From assembly GCA_038845975.1 (NCBI GenBank), contig JAWBQF010000004.1, forward strand, positions 1 to 64,000: a DNA stretch of 64,000 bases, in the 5' to 3' direction. This document shows positions 63,217 through 64,000 of the stretch, in pieces. This DNA is from Candidatus Methanomethylicia archaeon. Its GTDB lineage: Archaea > Thermoproteota > Methanomethylicia > CALHIW01. The position numbers and the translations under genes were made by a program. Below the pieces are notes generated by a model. That model worked only from the letters and a program-made list of their open reading frames with translations, did no database searches and was not told the DNA's origin. Position 1 is the stretch's first letter. Each line of letters begins with the position of its first letter.

Positions 63217-63795
63217 ATGAAGATTGGAATTACATCGCTAAGTGCACTGATAATTGTTGATGTACAGAATGATTTTTGTCCAGGTGGAGCATTACCAGTT
63301 CCAGAAGGAGATGAGATTATTCCTATCTTAAACAGATACATTGAGGTTTTCAATTCTAGAAAACTACCTATCTATGCCACAAGAGATTGGCATCCGGAGA
63401 ATCATATATCATTTAAAACAAGAGGGGGGCCATGGCCACCACACTGCATTCAAAATACATGGGGAGCTGAGTTTCATCCAAACCTAAATATTCCACCACA
63501 CAGCATAATAATTCCTAAAGCTACAGAGCCTGATAGAGAAGCATATTCAGGATTTGAGGGAACAAATTTAGAAAATGATTTAAAAAATAGAAAGATAAAG
63601 AGGGTTTTTATAGGTGGATTAGCTTTAGATTACTGTGTTAAGGAAACGGTAATGGATGCTTTAAATATAGGGTTTGAAACAATACTTCTTGAAGATGCTT
63701 CAAGGGGTGTAAATATTGATGATAGTGAAAGAGCAGTTACTGAAATGATTTTAAACGGGGCAATAGCAGTAAAGCTTGAAGATATAAGGCTATAA
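63217..63795 (+). CDS. pncA: Nicotinamidase / pyrazinamidase
   Basis: VDVQNDFCPGGAL, TRDWHP, WPPHC, EAYSGF, GLALDYCV. Confidence 0.94.
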   Translation: MKIGITSLSALIIVDVQNDFCPGGALPVPEGDEIIPILNRYIEVFNSRKLPIYATRDWHPENHISFKTRGGPWPPHCIQNTWGAEFHPNLNIPPHSIIIPKATEPDREAYSGFEGTNLENDLKNRKIKRVFIGGLALDYCVKETVMDALNIGFETILLEDASRGVNIDDSERAVTEMILNGAIAVKLEDIRL

Positions 63796-63823
63796 TATTT
63801 AAACTACTATTTACGGGATAGTT

Positions 63824-64000
63824 ATGCCTAAAGTCTATGCTACTAATAGGTTAAACTTAAAATATTTTAAGGAAGAATATATATCTATTGTTGTTGATGT
63901 ACTTAGATGTAGTACAACAATTATTACAGCAATTGAAAACGGTGCTGAGGGAGTTATACCTGCAGCTACCATTAAGGAGGCTAGAGCATTAAGAAAAGTG
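63824..64000 (+). CDS. comB: 2-phosphosulfolactate phosphatase (N-terminus, truncated by window end)
   Basis: MPKVY...SIVVDVLRCSTTIITAIENGAEGVIP...EARAL matches the ComB N-terminal DVLR.(S/T)TI..A..NGA motif; absent from the ORF track. Confidence 0.82.
   Translation, partial: MPKVYATNRLNLKYFKEEYISIVVDVLRCSTTIITAIENGAEGVIPAATIKEARALRKV

Noticed and set aside
1-64000. tRNA, rRNA or CRISPR arrays
   Set aside because: No GC-rich structured RNA-like segment or regularly spaced repeat array was visible. Small guide RNAs cannot be excluded without a covariance search.

Overview
AT-rich archaeal chromosomal window, probably a thermophilic TACK/Thermoproteota-type lineage. This is inferred from a Cren7-like gene, Lhr, TrmY, aTrm5, archaeal map and TATA-like promoters. 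Housekeeping and metabolic genes include lhr, iorAB, a korDABC-type operon, ilvE, tsaC, trmY, nnrE-nnrD, map, trm5, pncA and two aminotransferases. C1-cofactor genes (cofD, mptE, a truncated comB) are also present. These are interleaved with accessory blocks: a PadR/ABC-2 exporter, a cluster of intact and decayed VapBC-type toxin-antitoxin modules, an IS-bounded AOR-YcaO / acyl-CoA dehydrogenase-CoA-transferase III block, and a membrane protein + wHTH pair divergent from a MacB-type ABC / S-layer-like / cupredoxin operon. The intergenic DNA holds many IS5-family remnants and at least five families of non-autonomous elements (about 58, 90, 120, 130 and 690 bp) that stack end-to-end or nest. The best leads are an orphan Cys-insertion YcaO downstream of an atypical AOR, a 47-aa zinc-ribbon Cren7-like gene missed by the ORF track, a rusticyanin-like protein with its copper Cys replaced by Ser, and the element-stacking pattern. 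No rRNA, tRNA or CRISPR array was seen. All calls come from reading motifs by eye; no searches were run.
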